DNA of 64,000 bases from Chiloscyllium plagiosum (taxonomy: Eukaryota), in assembly GCF_004010195.1 (NCBI RefSeq), contig NC_057718.1, positions 59,445,622 to 59,509,621 of the forward strand. The letters are read 5' to 3'. The notes below the pieces were generated by a model. That model had not been told where the DNA came from and did no database searches. It saw nothing but the letters and a program-made list of their open reading frames with translations. Numbering within the stretch: position 1 is the first letter of the stretch; each line of letters starts with the position of its first letter. Of the stretch, positions 1 to 13,300 are shown piece after piece. The position numbers were made by a program, and so were the translations under genes.

Positions 1-368
1 TAGTTCCAGAGGCCGGGGGAATCTTCTGGAATGTTTGAGGAGCGCTGGTTATGAGGTGGGTGGATAAAAGTTTGTTGTACTTACAGTTTTTGATGTTTGA
101 GATGGAGTTGAAATACTGTTTGTTGAGAGTATGGATTCTCCTGAGGATGTAGTACAGAGTGGGTCCTTTGCAATTCTGAGAGAGTGTGGCCCTCAGCTGA
201 GGCAGGGCAGACTGTAGAGAGGTTAGGTGCCGGCGCATTGCTGCAAGCGTGGAGCGGAGGATCTTGAAGGAGAACTGTTGCTGGTGTTTTTGAATCTGTA
301 GTCTGTACTGTTTGTCCTGTTTGGGTCCGAACTCTGCTGGTTTAAAGGTAGTCCGGAGTCCGTGTGGG
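1..368 (-). mobile_element. Penelope-like element ORF, N-terminal region (continues off the left edge)
   Basis: Stop-free frame 367->2 reads PHGLRTTFKPAEFGPKQDKQYRLQIQKHQQQFSFKILRSTLAAMRRHL...YILRRIHTLNKQYFNSISNIKNCKYNKL, resembling the 'IPxGL' N-terminal region of vertebrate PLE ORFs; CpGs retained. Confidence 0.6.
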
Positions 369-370
369 CC

Positions 371-600
371 TTTGACCAAGGCCATCATGGAGCAAATTAT
401 AGGTCCACTGAAGATGAGATTCTGGTATATGGATCAGTCTGGGGGTGTCTTGCAGTACATGCCAGACAGAATGTACTGCAGAAACCTAGCACGCTGTATT
501 CTACACAACTGGAACAGGCAGATAGGAGATGAGATGGACCCTGAAGAGCTGAGAGAGTAGCAACAGTCTTCTAAAGAGGATGATGACATTGAACTGGAGG
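371..600 (+). mobile_element. PIF/Harbinger (HARBI1-like) DDE transposase C-terminal remnant
   Basis: ORF 312..560 encodes TKAIMEQIIGPLKMRFWYMDQSGGVLQYMPDR...CILHN, matching the Harbinger pattern TRxxIEQxIGxLKxRFRCLDRSGGxLQY...CCxLHN, followed by an acidic tail. Confidence 0.75.
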
Positions 601-849
601 AATGTTACCTTATGCATGGTAGAGTGCAACAAGCCAGACATTACTTAACTGGCTTGTCTTTAGTTTCAGTGTCTCTGTCTCTGCTGGATTGGTGACTTCC
701 TGTGTAGGTTGGTCCATTTCTTCTTGTTGAATCTGGACGATTTCACACCATGTCTCAGCATCCTCAGATTGTTATAGGGACTGCTGCTCTTGAATGCATG
801 TCTGCTCCTTTTACTTGTATGCCACAACCACATGTTATGTCTGTAAATT

Positions 850-1720
850 AAGTAAAATTCTTTGCAAATGCTTTGGAGCAGATCAAAGTGGTTTGAAGAA
901 GATGCTTTGAATTGGCTTGTGGTTGAACTTCACTGTCAATTTGCCTCTACAAAACAGCTTTTGATTAAAATACACACAAGTGAAGACTGCAGCCAGGCAG
1001 TCTTTTTCACTCTGTATGTCCTTGTATCACCAAGATAGCTCCAAGTACTTTCTCACTGATATCACATTGCAAGGTGACTTCAACTTTGAAATTGTAGGCC
1101 ATCAGTACGTGTGTTGTCATCACTAATTGTTTGATTTTCGTAAAAGCTGATTCTAGTAAAAGCTACTTCTTGTTCTGTGCCACAAGACCACAATGCCACT
1201 GCACGTTTTTCGCAGTAAGCTTACTTTGAGGTTCACAATAATCACAAACTGGGCAAGAGCTTTGCTAAGTATTTCATGAATCCAGCAAATCATTGCACTA
1301 CTTAACTGCATTTGTGCTACAGCTCTCACCTTGTCGGAATTTGGGTGAAATCCCTTTGCTAGTACATGGCCTCTGCAATTTGTTTTATGCAAGTTCAACT
1401 GCATCATTTTGCTCAGTGTCAGAATCATCTGGAGAGGTCTCTGTAATTGTACTAGAGTCTGAAAATCATTCACTCTCTTGTAATGTCTTATTGATACACT
1501 TCAACAGCAGTGGAAATGATAAATGGCTTGTGCAACCATCTCAATCTCCCAAATGGTGTCTAAAATTAAGTTACAAACTAGCTGTTTTCATTTTGTTTCA
1601 CTTGCTAGTAACCAAACTTTACATGGCAGATACTGATAATATTTACCTTAAGTTGCAGCAAAATCTTGTCAGTGATTTCCATGAATTCTCTTCAAAACTT
1701 TGTCAAGATCCTTTGGATCC
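850..1720 (-). mobile_element. Decayed Ty3/Gypsy pol fragment (RT + RNase H)
   Basis: Minus-strand pieces TPFGRLRWLHKPFIISTAVEVYQ (~1560-1490), GHVLAKGFHPNSDKVRAVAQM, VTLQCDISEKVLGAIL and EKDCLAAVF...NHKPIQSIF match Gypsy RT and RNase H motifs; frameshifted. Confidence 0.85.
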
Positions 1721-1730
1721 ATGATAGATC

Positions 1731-2400
1731 TTATAAACATAAGAGTTATGAGAACAAGTTGGCCATTTGGCCCCTCGTGCTTGCTGTTCTATTTAATAAG
1801 ATCATGACAGATCTGATTGTAACCTCAAATCCATATTATTGCCTATCTTGTGATACCCTTTCACCTCCTTGCTTATCAATAATCAATCCACCTCCGCCTT
1901 AAAAAAATAATCAAGGATTCTGCTTCCTCTGCCTTTTGAGGCAGAGAGTTCCAAAGATTATAACTTTGAGAGGTACAATTTCATCTCATCTGTATTCAAT
2001 AGTGATCCCTTACTTTTAAACAGTGACTGGCTATTTTAGACTCTCCCTCAGGAGAAAACATTCTTTCTGCATCCCCCTATCAAGTCCCTTCATCATTTTT
2101 ATATAGTTCAATCAAACCATGTTTTAGTCTTCTAAACTCCAACAGACCCAAGTCTAGCCTCACTGTTTCTTCTTAAAACTTACTAGTTTGAGGTATTAGT
2201 CTAGTAAGCCTTCTCTGAACTGCTTGCAACCGCGTTCTTTATTCTTTAAATACAGAGACCAATACTCTACACAATAACCCTGATGTGGTCTCACCAGTGC
2301 CCTGCGTAACTGAAGTATAACCCTCACTACTTTTACATTCAACTTCTCTTGCAATAAATAATACAATGTTATTGGGTTTTCTAATTACCCTCTCTGGCTT
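1731..2400 (-). mobile_element. CR1-type LINE 3' fragment, old
   Basis: Colinear similarity to the adjacent CR1 copy (ggccatttggccc...aagatcatg; gagaccaatactctacacaata...). Confidence 0.75.
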
Positions 2401-2439
2401 GATCAACATTTTCTGCTTCAAATATTTATCCATCTGAAA

Positions 2440-4297
2440 TAATTCCACTGAGGCCAGTATCCCCTCACTAAGTTACCCTTTATTTAGACATTTTCCATAG
2501 TATTAGAAACAGAAGAAGTAGGCCATTTGGCCCATTGACCTGCTCCACCATTCATTAAGATCATGGCTGATCTATCTGTTGTCTCAGCTCCTTCTACATA
2601 ACCCTTAATTCCTCAACCATTGCAAAATCCCATCCAAAAGTGTCTTGAATATATTTAATGAAGCTGCTTCTACTGTTTCCTTGGGCAGGGAATTCCACAG
2701 ATTCATAACTCTCTAATAAAAGCAGTACCTCCTCATCTCTGTCCTAAATCGACTCCTCATAATCTTGAGGCCATGTCCCGTAGTCCTGATCTCATTCACC
2801 AGTGGAAACAACTTGCCCTGCCTCTATCTTACCTATCCCTTTCTTAATTTTATATGTTTCTATAAGATCCTCTGTCAATCTTCTAAATTCTAGTAAGTAC
2901 AGTCCCAGGCAGCTCAACCCCTTCTCATAAGGTAAACCCCGCATCTCCGGATTCAACCTGGTGAACCTCCTCTGTAACGCCTCCACAGCCAGTATATCCT
3001 TCCTCAAGTAAGGAGACCAAAACTGCACACAATATTCCAGGTGCAGCCTCACCAACACTTTGTACAGTTGCAGCAAACCCCACCCCCCTGCTGTTAAATT
3101 CAATCCCTCTAGCAATGGAAGCCAATATTCTGTTTGCCTTCCTGATTATCTGTTGCACTTGCAAATCAAGTTTCCACAATTCATGTACAAACACTCCCAA
3201 GTCCCTCTGCACAACATCATGCTGCAATCTTTCACCATTCAAATAATACTCTGACCTACTATTTGTATTTCCAAAGTGGATAACCTCACATTTACCAAGA
3301 TTGTACTCCACCTGACAGACCCTGCCTAGTCACTTCACCTATCTCTGCAGTCCCTCCACATCCTCTGCAAAGCTTCCACAGTTTAGGGTCACCAGCAAAC
3401 TTGGATACATTATACTCAGTCTCCTCTTCCAAATCATTTATATATATCACAAACAGTTGTGGGCCCAGCAACAACCGCTGTGGCGCCTGACTTACCACTA
3501 ATCTTCAACCAGATGAACACCCATTTATCCTAACTCTCTGCTTTTTATTGGTTAACAAACCCTCCATCCATGCTAGTGCATTCCTCGCAACTCCATTCAT
3601 TCTTATCTTATGAATGAGTCTTTTATGTGGCACCTTATCGGATACCTTCTGGAAGTCCAAGTATACAACATTCTACCTGTTCCCCACCATCCACCGCCCT
3701 TCTTACATCCTCAAAGAACTCCAGTAAGTTTGTCAAACATGACCTTCCCTTCCTCAATCCATGCTACATCTGCCTGATGGAACCTTTTCCATCCAGATGT
3801 CTCACTATGTCTTCTTTAATGGTAGCCTCTAGCATTTTCTCAACTACAGATGTTAAGTTAACTGGCCTATAGTTACATGTTTTTTGCCCACACACTTTTT
3901 TAAATAGTGGCATGGCATTCACTATCTTCCAGTCCACCGGGACCTGCCCAGAGTCCAGTGAAATTTGGTAAACTATCACTAACGCATCTGCTAAAACTTC
4001 CATCATTTATTTCAGTGCCCTAAGTTGCATTCTATCAGGACCAGGGGACTTATCTACCTTTAGACCCTCAAGTTGCTCAATATTACCCTTTTAGTGATAA
4101 CAATTGAATTGAGGTCCTTACCTCCACATGAACAGTCCTTGATTCAGACCAAGTCCGCTTTCAGAGTTGGCAGTATCTCTGAGACTCCCCCTTTTATCTG
4201 ACAGCCAGGGCTCCCTGATTGGGCCAGGTTAAGAGCCCCAATCAGGGAACTTTTATTCTATGAGGTCCAGCTGGCTGACCTCGTTGCAATCAATATA
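2440..4297. mobile_element. Short solo LTR split into 2440-2491 and 4126-4297 by a CR1 insertion
   Basis: The halves join to resemble a common shark LTR (gaggccagtatcccctcac...tttattt / acagtccttga...gggctccctgattgg...gacctcgttgcaatc); 'acat' is repeated at both junctions. Identity from recall. Confidence 0.5.
2492..4125 (-). mobile_element. CR1 (HER1-like) LINE, 5'-truncated, RT and C-terminal region with frameshifts
   Basis: ORF pieces GQVPVDWKIVNAMPLFKK..NYRPVNLTSVV, LGPQLFVIYINDL..SKFAGD, MEYNLGKCEVIHFG, LYKVLVRLHLEYCVQFWSPY..QRRFTR. Confidence 0.95.
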
Positions 4298-4492
4298 CCA
4301 TCATTGCCTCAACCTTTGGCAATGTTTCGATGACTCAGAGTTTAATGCAAGTTTTAGTAAACTTTTAGTTCTGCTCCAAAGTGTTAATACTATTCTGTTA
4401 AGGTGATATACGTTCCCACCATTTGTCTTCTGATATATTTATAGAGTAGATCTAAAAGTACTGGACTTGTGAAACAGCATTGCAACTTTATG

Positions 4493-4645
4493 AAAACAAA
4501 ACCAGAAATTGTTTCTGAAGAAGGGCCACTGAAGTTGACACATCAACTCTGCTTTTTCTCCAAATCTGCTGCCTGACCTTCTGAGTTCCTTTAGCAGTTT
4601 CTGTTTTTGTTTCTGATTTCCAGCGTCTGCAGTTCTTTGTTTTTT
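4493..4645 (+). mobile_element. PLE terminal-repeat fragment with degenerate hammerhead motif
   Basis: ctgaagaagggccact...gacacatcaactct...gctgcctgacc...gatttccagcgtctgcag; related to copies at 20950, 22865 and 24003. Confidence 0.65.
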
Positions 4646-5454
4646 TATGTGTTATATAAACCTGCACTTAGTCTTTGAACAAACCAAATAAGGAGCATTG
4701 CTCCTTTTAAATGGTGCCATTTGACTGTGAGTCACTTGTGAATTTTAGATCTGGGGATGTAGATTGGAGCCCTACTGTTGCATTTTAATTCGATGTCTGT
4801 TAGAGGCTCTATCAACACTATGACTGGGATATCTTGTGATAAAGACAAGTTCTGAGGAATGCCAAAAAGGTAGCTGCAGGGAGACAGAAATCTGTAAGTA
4901 GGAGAAATGAAAATTTATGAGAAACACTTTGAAAGAGAAAAGAAATTACAAAGTAGCTTTCATCATTTATGTGCCCATAATCTGCCACGAAAAGTCAGTA
5001 TTGACTCTAATAACACTGCAACATCCCTGCAGTTTATATACAGGTAATGTATTTATGGCAGTCCTTAGAAAATGTTCAAAAAGCTCCTGCAATTCCAAGT
5101 GACGAAATGTTCAGTCAATGGAGACTGATGTATCAGTGAAGTGAATACCTGAACTAATTACACACCTGGTTCCAGGAGCCGAACTCTTTGAAAACATTTT
5201 GTAAAGGTTCTCATCACTGCTCCATATGTGAGTTTAGATTTTCTTGGTATGTAAAAGGATAAGATAAGTAAAGGGTATGCTTGCCTCCTCAGTAACACTG
5301 CAATATGATGGCAGTCACTCATTTAAATAGGTGTTCTCAGAAAGAAGAGAAACATTTATAAAATGTTACCGACTACTGTTACAGGGAGACAAAACCTGTT
5401 CTTGATCAACCCCACTGCATACCTATTTTAGTGTTGCATTTATTTGCAGAAAAT

Positions 5455-5782
5455 GTTGTGGTTCTGTTCGCCATGCTGGGAATTTGTGTTGCAGATGTTT
5501 CGTCCCCTGTCTAGGTGACATCCTCAGTACTTGGGAGCCTCCTGTGAAGCGCTCCTGTGATCTTTCCTCCGGCATTTGCAGTGGTTTGAATCTGCCACTT
5601 CCGGTTGTCAGTTCCAGCTGTCCATAGCAGTGGTCGGTATATTGGGTCCAGGTCNNNNNNNNNNNNNNNNNNNNNNNNNNNNNNNNNNNNNNGGGACGAA
5701 ACGTCTGCAACACAAATTCCCAGCTCGGTGAACAGAACCACAACAACAAGCACCCGAGCTACAAATCTTCTCACAGACTTTG
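5455..5782. mobile_element. PLE-derived fold-back element with 13-bp TSD (spans an N gap)
   Basis: atttgcagaaaat at 5442-5454 and 5783-5795; arm 5455-5507 is the reverse complement of about 5693-5744; hammerhead cores in both arms; N run 5655-5692. Confidence 0.8.
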
Positions 5783-6879
5783 ATTTGCAGAAAATAATTA
5801 AAGAAGATAATTTAAAGAAAGATTACAAACCTTGTATCCCAAAAGAAAGGGATAAAACTTTGTAAGGGACAGGCTACATCTGTAAGTAATTGGCTGTGCA
5901 ATCTACTTTTTATTCCATAATATGAACATACAATCTTCATAATTATTTTAGACTTTTTGAGAATTATTAATTATGTCCTTTAGCACCCTAGTAACCTTTC
6001 TGTGTGCCTGAACATTTACATATAATTCATAATTAACAAAGACATTAGAACTGTCACTGGAGGTTTTCAGGCTTTATTTCTTTCTAACTGGCCAGCACTA
6101 AAGCTGAGAATTTTCCCAGTTCAGCGATTTAACATTTCAGGAAATCTTTGAAACACACAACAACATGCCATATATAGAAGTTACTCTGGGATTTAGGTTA
6201 TAAAGATATGGCGGTATAATTATTCTACTCTTGTTATTGCTGAAGTTCCACACCTGATCCCTGGCAGAATCGATGTGATTAGTGCATGCTGCAGGTTATT
6301 ACAGCTGTTAAGCACTGAGCCCTCTCTTGTGCCCTGGACTATCTGATTATTTCCCAGCTTCCTCTTTAGTGAGCTCCATCTTCATTTAATAAATGAAAAG
6401 CAACATCAATGACACAATGTAGCATCAGATCACAGGTCCTCATCATAAATGTTTGGATTTTCATTTCAAATACATCAAACAGCATTCAGATCAAAAGGAG
6501 GAGACAGTTTACCAAAAGTGATTCACAGATGCACTGACCCACAGTAATTTTACAGCATATCGCATATGACAAAGTGAGGCATTTTCAAGTACAATCTAAG
6601 TCGAGGTTGATTTAGAGTGCTTGCTAAAATGAAACCAGCAGAAATATGCTTGTGAATGGCACATTCTTGATCTACAGGACATTGGAGTGTACAGAGCCAG
6701 AAAGACCAATGTGGTTCACCTGACCAACCCTAGTGTCTAAAGAGTATCATAGCCAATATTGCAGCCAGTTATTTACCAGATGTTTCTTGAATTTTTGAAT
6801 GTAATCAGGCCCACAATCTTTCTTGGTGATCCACATTTCACCTTTTCCATGAAGCTGTTAATCAAAATTGTCTTTTTAG

Positions 6880-7090
6880 TCTCTTTCTTCCTCAGGTTTA
6901 TAGATTTAACACTTATATAGAGGGTGGTAAGCACAGAATTGACTACTTGAGGAAACAATAAGAACAAATGGTATGGAAAATTTTAAAAGAGGCTTGAATA
7001 AATATTTGAGCATGTATATAACTGAAAAATATTAGATGAAACTAGTCAGATGGACAACCAAGTCTTTTAAGAGTCTATATTTCCTATTGT
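6880..7090 (+). mobile_element. CR1-type LINE 3' end, degraded
   Basis: agagggtggtaagcac...ttttaaaagaggcttgaataaatatttg resembles the CR1 terminus also seen at 43360-43440. Confidence 0.45.
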
Positions 7091-8399
7091 TATTGAATTG
7101 AAGATGTTGAAGTCCCACTGGGCACATAATTCAAATCTTTACACTCACCAAAGACAGGGCTATGAAAGCTGAATGATCTTTGGGGGAAGTGCTGCGCCTC
7201 CAGCAGATTCCAGTATGTTCAATGCAGCACTTCATGCTGAGAAAGGTATGTGTATGGGAGTCCCTGCCATGCACCATAAATACCTGACAAGACATGAAGA
7301 TAAAGTCACTCAGAAATACCAACTAACACGATACTGAACTTTCATTTGCTCATTTGTCATGCACCAAAGTACAAGTGTCACCCTACACCCAGAGAGAATT
7401 TTGGAGGATAGTCTTATGACTAAGGTCTTATGACTCGCATTAGTAGTTCTAAACCCGTTACAGCATGCGGCATATAAAAAAAATCCATTTATTAAGTTGA
7501 CCAATTAAATACCTTATGTTCTAAACAGCAATAGCTATCAACCAATAACACAATTATTGGTTTATTATCAAAACAAAATTTATTCTATGGAGATTCGATG
7601 TGTGATGGGCATATAAAGTTACATATATGGAAGTTGTCTATATGGTTTTCCCACTAAATATTTTAAACGCACACATTTCAGCAAAAGAGAAAAATATTCC
7701 CAATTTTTTCTGCAGAGTAATGCTTTCTGAAAAAAACCTCTTTGCCCAAAGTCTAGAATGTTCCAGAGTGTATTGCTATGGTATTTTGGTCAAGTCACTA
7801 GTCATGCATGGTTGTGTCAGAAATCTTACAATCACAGCTTGCTCAAGAAATACAACCTTGAGACTTTATTTTCAATCACTCTTTCACACCAAACTCAGTA
7901 AGACGGTCTTCTTTACAGAAATGAGAGCAATGAAAAGGGCAGCTTGTTCTTTGCAGGATTTCCTCTAACTACACTTGTTCTTAGCAAACTTGCCTTCTAC
8001 TGAACCACATAAAATAAGAAACTCTCCAAGCCAGTCACTGTTTAAAAATAACCCTAGCCTGGTCCTACAGCAAAATGAAGAATTATCACCAGTAATGTGA
8101 TAATATAGGAAACATTGATTTTTTAAAAAATTCTGCAATGTCTACAGTGAAATGTCAATAACTACTTTTAAATAAATTACACCAGATATGTCGAAAAATC
8201 ATGAAAAAATCAATTTTGCCACACTTATTCAAAACATAAGACTTCAAGCAATATTAAATATGAAGTGTCTTTATAACAATAATAAGTGGTGACCATCTGG
8301 TAGTTTAGCAAAAATTAGTTAATGCAAGAATGCTCCAGGACTGTACCACTTTTAGTACTGTATACCAGTGAGAATGGTAACAATTCCGGACTCTTTTGA

Positions 8400-9110
8400 T
8401 TAGACCACTTTCATGATCCTATCACAGAACAGAATACAGAGGACACTATGGATTGTAGAAATGAAGTTGTCCTAGTGGATTTGATAGATGAGTAGATAGA
8501 TAAGTTTTTTTACAATCATTGATATGAAATTCACATGGAAAAAAAATGATGCTGCTAATGCCAGTGGGAAAGAGGACACAATAGAAAAATTCAAAAGGTT
8601 AAAAATAAAAAGGAAGTGCTTATATGTTTGGCAGTATTCAAAGTAGAGAGATCTGGATAGGATGCGTCTGTGGTTGCTGAGGGAAATAGAGGTGGAAATA
8701 TCAGATACTATAGCTACACAGTGAGCCCGATCTCAGCAATAGAAAAACCTTGAGAGACAGTAATCTGGGACAAAATTAATTGGCATTCAGATGATATGAT
8801 TTAATAAATGAAAGCCAGCACAGATTTGTTAAGTGCAAATTGTGTTAACTAACTTGATTGAATTATTTGAAGTAGTACATTCATGAAGCTGTTGCAATTG
8901 ACGTTGTGCATATGAACCTTCAAGAATTGTTTGATAAAGTATCACAAAATAGGCTTTCTACCAAATTTGATGCAATAAGATTAAAAGGACAAGAGGTACA
9001 ATGATACAACTTTTGTCATGAAATTTTAGAAAAAGGAATAGAGATGAACAGCTGTTTGTTCGGCTGAATGGAAATGTGCAATGGTGACTCACAGGGCCAG
9101 TGCTGTTTTT
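8400..9110 (+). mobile_element. CR1 RT fragment, heavily decayed
   Basis: Pieces translate as SQHRFVK.., LTNLIELFEVV, DVVHMNLQELFDKVSQNRL (cf. CR1 DVVYMDFQKAFDKVPHxRL). Confidence 0.7.
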
Positions 9111-10118
9111 AAACATTCACAAGCTGTGGACATTGCTGATTAGGCCAGCATTTATTGCTCATCCCTAATTGCCCTGGTGAGCTTCCTACTTGAACATGGA
9201 GCTGCACAGAGGGAGGGAGAGATCATGAGCAACAGTTGACCTGATCCCACCCTTTCTTGCCTGTTAAAACTCCCATATATGATTCACTGACATTGTCTTC
9301 TTTTGTAGTCATTTATAAGATTGCCAGTGGTTGATACTTTTGAAGCTTACTATTGACATTTAGTGATTGGAAGTTGGTGTAGGTCTTTAGCTTTGCTTTT
9401 CTTTCAGCAATGATGAGCAAAGGCAGAGTTAGAGCTCCTTTCAAGTTAGTATATTTATGGGGTAGACAACAGAAACTGAGAGAAAATCCAGTTTGACTGG
9501 AATCAAAGGCTAATTGCAGACATTGCTAAACTCAAAACAGAAATTGCTGGATTCATAGCATATATAACGGTTAACCCTCTACCCTTACAACCCTACTATC
9601 TTACATCCAAAACAAACTGCTTTCTGAACCAGCAATTAAACTGTTGGCGGCAAAGGATAAACTGCTCTTGTATAAAGTCAAATTTAGGAACAGAACCACC
9701 TTTGAAAATGTTTGGGTGTTAGATACTAGATCTTCCTTTCATTAGTTACTGTTAACCCCATTTTAAATAAACATCAATTCCAATGAAATTTCTAAAAATT
9801 TCCTGGTGAATGACCATATTCCAGGGCTATGGAATGTAGATTTATTGAGATTTCACCATAATGGTTTAGAAATATACAAGGTGTTTGGTTAACTTGGAAC
9901 TTTACATTGTTCAAATTAACACTCAGTATTGCAATTGTCACAAACTGATGACTGCAAAGCTCAATCTTTTAATAATTTGGTACTTTCCATAACTGTGGTG
10001 AATCTGCTATTACTACAGCAAAAATATTCTGTAAAATGACTGGTAAAAACACAGGAAAAAAAATTAAGATCTCTATTACATTTAATCCTGAAACCGTCAA
10101 TAATGATAGGCATTTAAT

Positions 10119-10260
10119 GTGATTTGGAGATGCTGGTGTTGGACTGGGGTGGACAAAGTTAAAAATCACACAACACCAGATTATAGTCCAACAGGTTTAT
10201 TTGGAAGCACTAGCTTTTGGAGCGCTGCTCCTTCATCAGGTGATTGTGGAGAAAAATCTC
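10119..10260 (-). mobile_element. PLE terminal repeat (family A) mini-insertion, 8-bp TSD
   Basis: catttaat at 10111-10118 and 10261-10268; same repeat as the 3' end of the GIY-YIG element at 18091; hammerhead at 10211-10239 with GAAA->AAAA. Confidence 0.8.
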
Positions 10261-10279
10261 CATTTAATACTCTGACTAC

Positions 10280-10396
10280 ATTAGATATAAGGAGAATGTG
10301 CAAACTCTACACAGACAGTCACCCGAGAGTGGAACCGAACTTGGGTCTCTGTCGCTGTGAGGCAGCAATGTTAGCCACTGTGCAACTGTACTGCCT
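10280..10396 (-). mobile_element. HE1-type V-SINE, 5' part
   Basis: Reverse complement shows tRNA-like head (agttgcacagtggctaacattgctgcctcacagc...) and start of V core (ctgtctgtgtagagtttgcac). Confidence 0.8.
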
Positions 10397-13300
10397 CTAT
10401 GTTTCATGACAATTACTGAGGCATGGATTGTTATATCATTGCATAGAAAATTGGATAAAGATACCAAGACAATACATTATAGCAGAATATGCCAAAAGAG
10501 CAGTAAAATGTAATTCAATCATAACTTAGCAGCAAGAGATTGTGACCACAATGATTAGAAGGGAACTAGGACAGGAGGTAACCCAGTAATACTGAAACAT
10601 CTTACCAACTCTGAAGAGATGAGGATGGGAATTGTGAAAGCAATTGACAAGGAACCTTGTTGTGTTGTTAACTACAAAGCAGTCATCAATTGCTCTGATT
10701 CTTTACATTTTTAGTAGATACTGAAATTCTGGCAACAGAACCTAAAGTTACTTATCTCCGTGCTGCACTAACATAGTCAGAGTTCACTTGTTTTGGAAGC
10801 CCTTGCTTAGGAATAGATTTTAAATGCGTGTGTTTGAATTTGTAGGTTATTTCCAGCTACAAACTCTGAAAAATCATTTCACTTGCCCAATGCTCAAACA
10901 TAAATATTAGAACCTTTGAGCTTTCAGTTAGTGAGTCTGAAGAGGTAACATTGGGTGAAATGCAAAACACATGAGGAGCACTGGAAATGACAGGTGAGGA
11001 ATCGAAAGACTTGAGAAAGCTTTAAGCCCCTGCCATTTGCCTACAGTGCGAGTAAATGTAAGAATCTACCAGAACTATGTTTAGGTGACATTAATGCTGG
11101 AGAAAAAAGCATTTGTAATTAACTTTGAAACCACTTTGAGTAGATTGCAGCAATTGTCAGAGAATGGGTAGTATTACCTCTCTGACATCACTGCAGTGAT
11201 ATGCAAGAGACTTTGACGTGCAGAAAGTGGAAAGTTTACCATCATTTGCAAAGGAGCCACAAATTTTTCAGAAAGCAACCATCAAATGGAGTTCTCTCAT
11301 GAGCACTGTAAATGGCACCATCAAAACCTTCAGTATCCAATTACAGGAGATTATCTTTCTGGATCCCACAGTGCATGACCACTTAGATACGGGTGGGTCA
11401 GCAGGTTTCATCCACATCTAGATTTAATGGCAGCTCTCACATCTTGAAGCCTGACAGGAACAAAATTGCCTCTCCTTTATTGCCACAAGAACTGAAGTCT
11501 GAGATTCTGATGCAAAGGAAGCAGTGATCAGTCCTCAAATGCATTTGAGATGATGGACCTGTAAATTACAATGAAGCTGTTATGGGTTCCATTGATGGGT
11601 GTGGTAAAGAGAGAGTTTTCCTGATGTTGTTAGAATTGAAAGTAGTGGAATTTAGCTCAGGGAGCAAAACAAATGGATGATGGTGAATTGGTCACCTTTT
11701 TATCACCTTTGAGCGAGTCCCAGTTGCATTGAGCTTTATGGAGGATTTCTGCTGTGGGGCCTCATGAGTTTTTCCATCATATCTTACTACACTTCTTTCA
11801 TAACTACCTACTCTGTCCCTATGGAGTTCCTCATGTCCAATATTGGTCCATTGTACCACAAACAATACACAGAACAATGTGCCACTCAGTGGATAGCTAA
11901 TAAGGACTAGCATACCTTGTGCCTGCAGCACCTTTAAAAGTCCACCATGCACTGTTTGAGTGCTGGCACGTCAGCATTGTCAAACATTTGACGTGCCCTA
12001 TAGCTGTGACTATCCTTGAAATGGGGGGGAGGGGCACAGCGTCCTTCATAGGGGTCTACTGCTGTTCCTGAGCTTGTGGTCCTCCTGCATCCACCTTTTT
12101 CCCACCTTCAGTAGGCAGCCATAGTGACCAGCATGCCCCGATTGGCAGGGTCCAGGACCCAGTGGAAATGATGGAAAATGGAAACAGGAATAAAAGAGGT
12201 TCTTAGCTCTCACAACACACACATCTGTTTGCCTCCTTCAAAGAGCACTCAACCCAGCAGTTGTGATAGCCTTGAGCTCTGGCTGAAGCACTAATACATG
12301 AACAGGGAGGCCAGAGCCATTCAAGGCATGGATGCTGTGAACATGTGGGTAGGCACAAAATGAGCAGCTTGAGGTGCAATCCTTATCCAATCCTTGAGCT
12401 GGAGCTTGTCTTTGCACACTAACTATCCTGTTGCAGCCTTTCAGTTCTCATTGCTGGTGTGCCCTGCTATGTGGCTTTCTGTTTCCTAAGTTGCCTGCAA
12501 TTATATTGGTGTGGTGCCATGATGCTTGTGAAGGGTTAGCAAAAGCCAGATGCCAATATCAGTGCACAAGGGGTACATGTGGCTGGTGCTTGTGGATTAT
12601 GCCCTGTGCTGCACTTTAGTTGTATACAACGTGCAAATCAATCAGAGCAAGTAAAGAGCTGAAACTGCCAGGTGCTTGTTCTGATTTCCATGTTGAGTTT
12701 TCTTTTGGTGGCTAGCTTGTTTGGTGAGTTTGGAAAGATAGAAAGTTGAATATTAATGAGGTAAATTAGGCTGTCAACAAAGCATTATAAAAGCAATAAT
12801 CCGCCTTAATTGGTGAATCGCCACTGCCCAGCAAGAATCTCACGATGCTCCTTGTTGAGAGCATAAAAGATGGAGCAAGATGCTGACAACACTGAGAGTG
12901 ACCTCATCAAATGTCACTACATCCCACATTGCTTGGCTTCCCTATAAAACTCTGTCTTTTGACATTTTTACTTGGAGGGGATTACTAACTTGGAATTACA
13001 ATGACAAAGAAGGTTGATAGAGATTTATGGCTTTGTGCTTCTAAAGTTGTACAGTAACTTCTCTTGCAGGCTATGTTTCAAATCTCATCATCTTCCATGA
13101 CGAGGTCAAATTTCTCCTCATCTGCTCCCTGGCCTGCACTGGGGATAATTTTGTCTGGTAGTCTGCCTCTTGTGGGATTTATGTGCAATTATATCCCATT
13201 ATATGGTTGCGTGAATTGGATGTTAGCTAGCTCCTGAGGCATGTGTACTTGTTGCACAGCTGAAGTAAGAAACAATTGAGGAGAAGTGTTAAATATTGTG

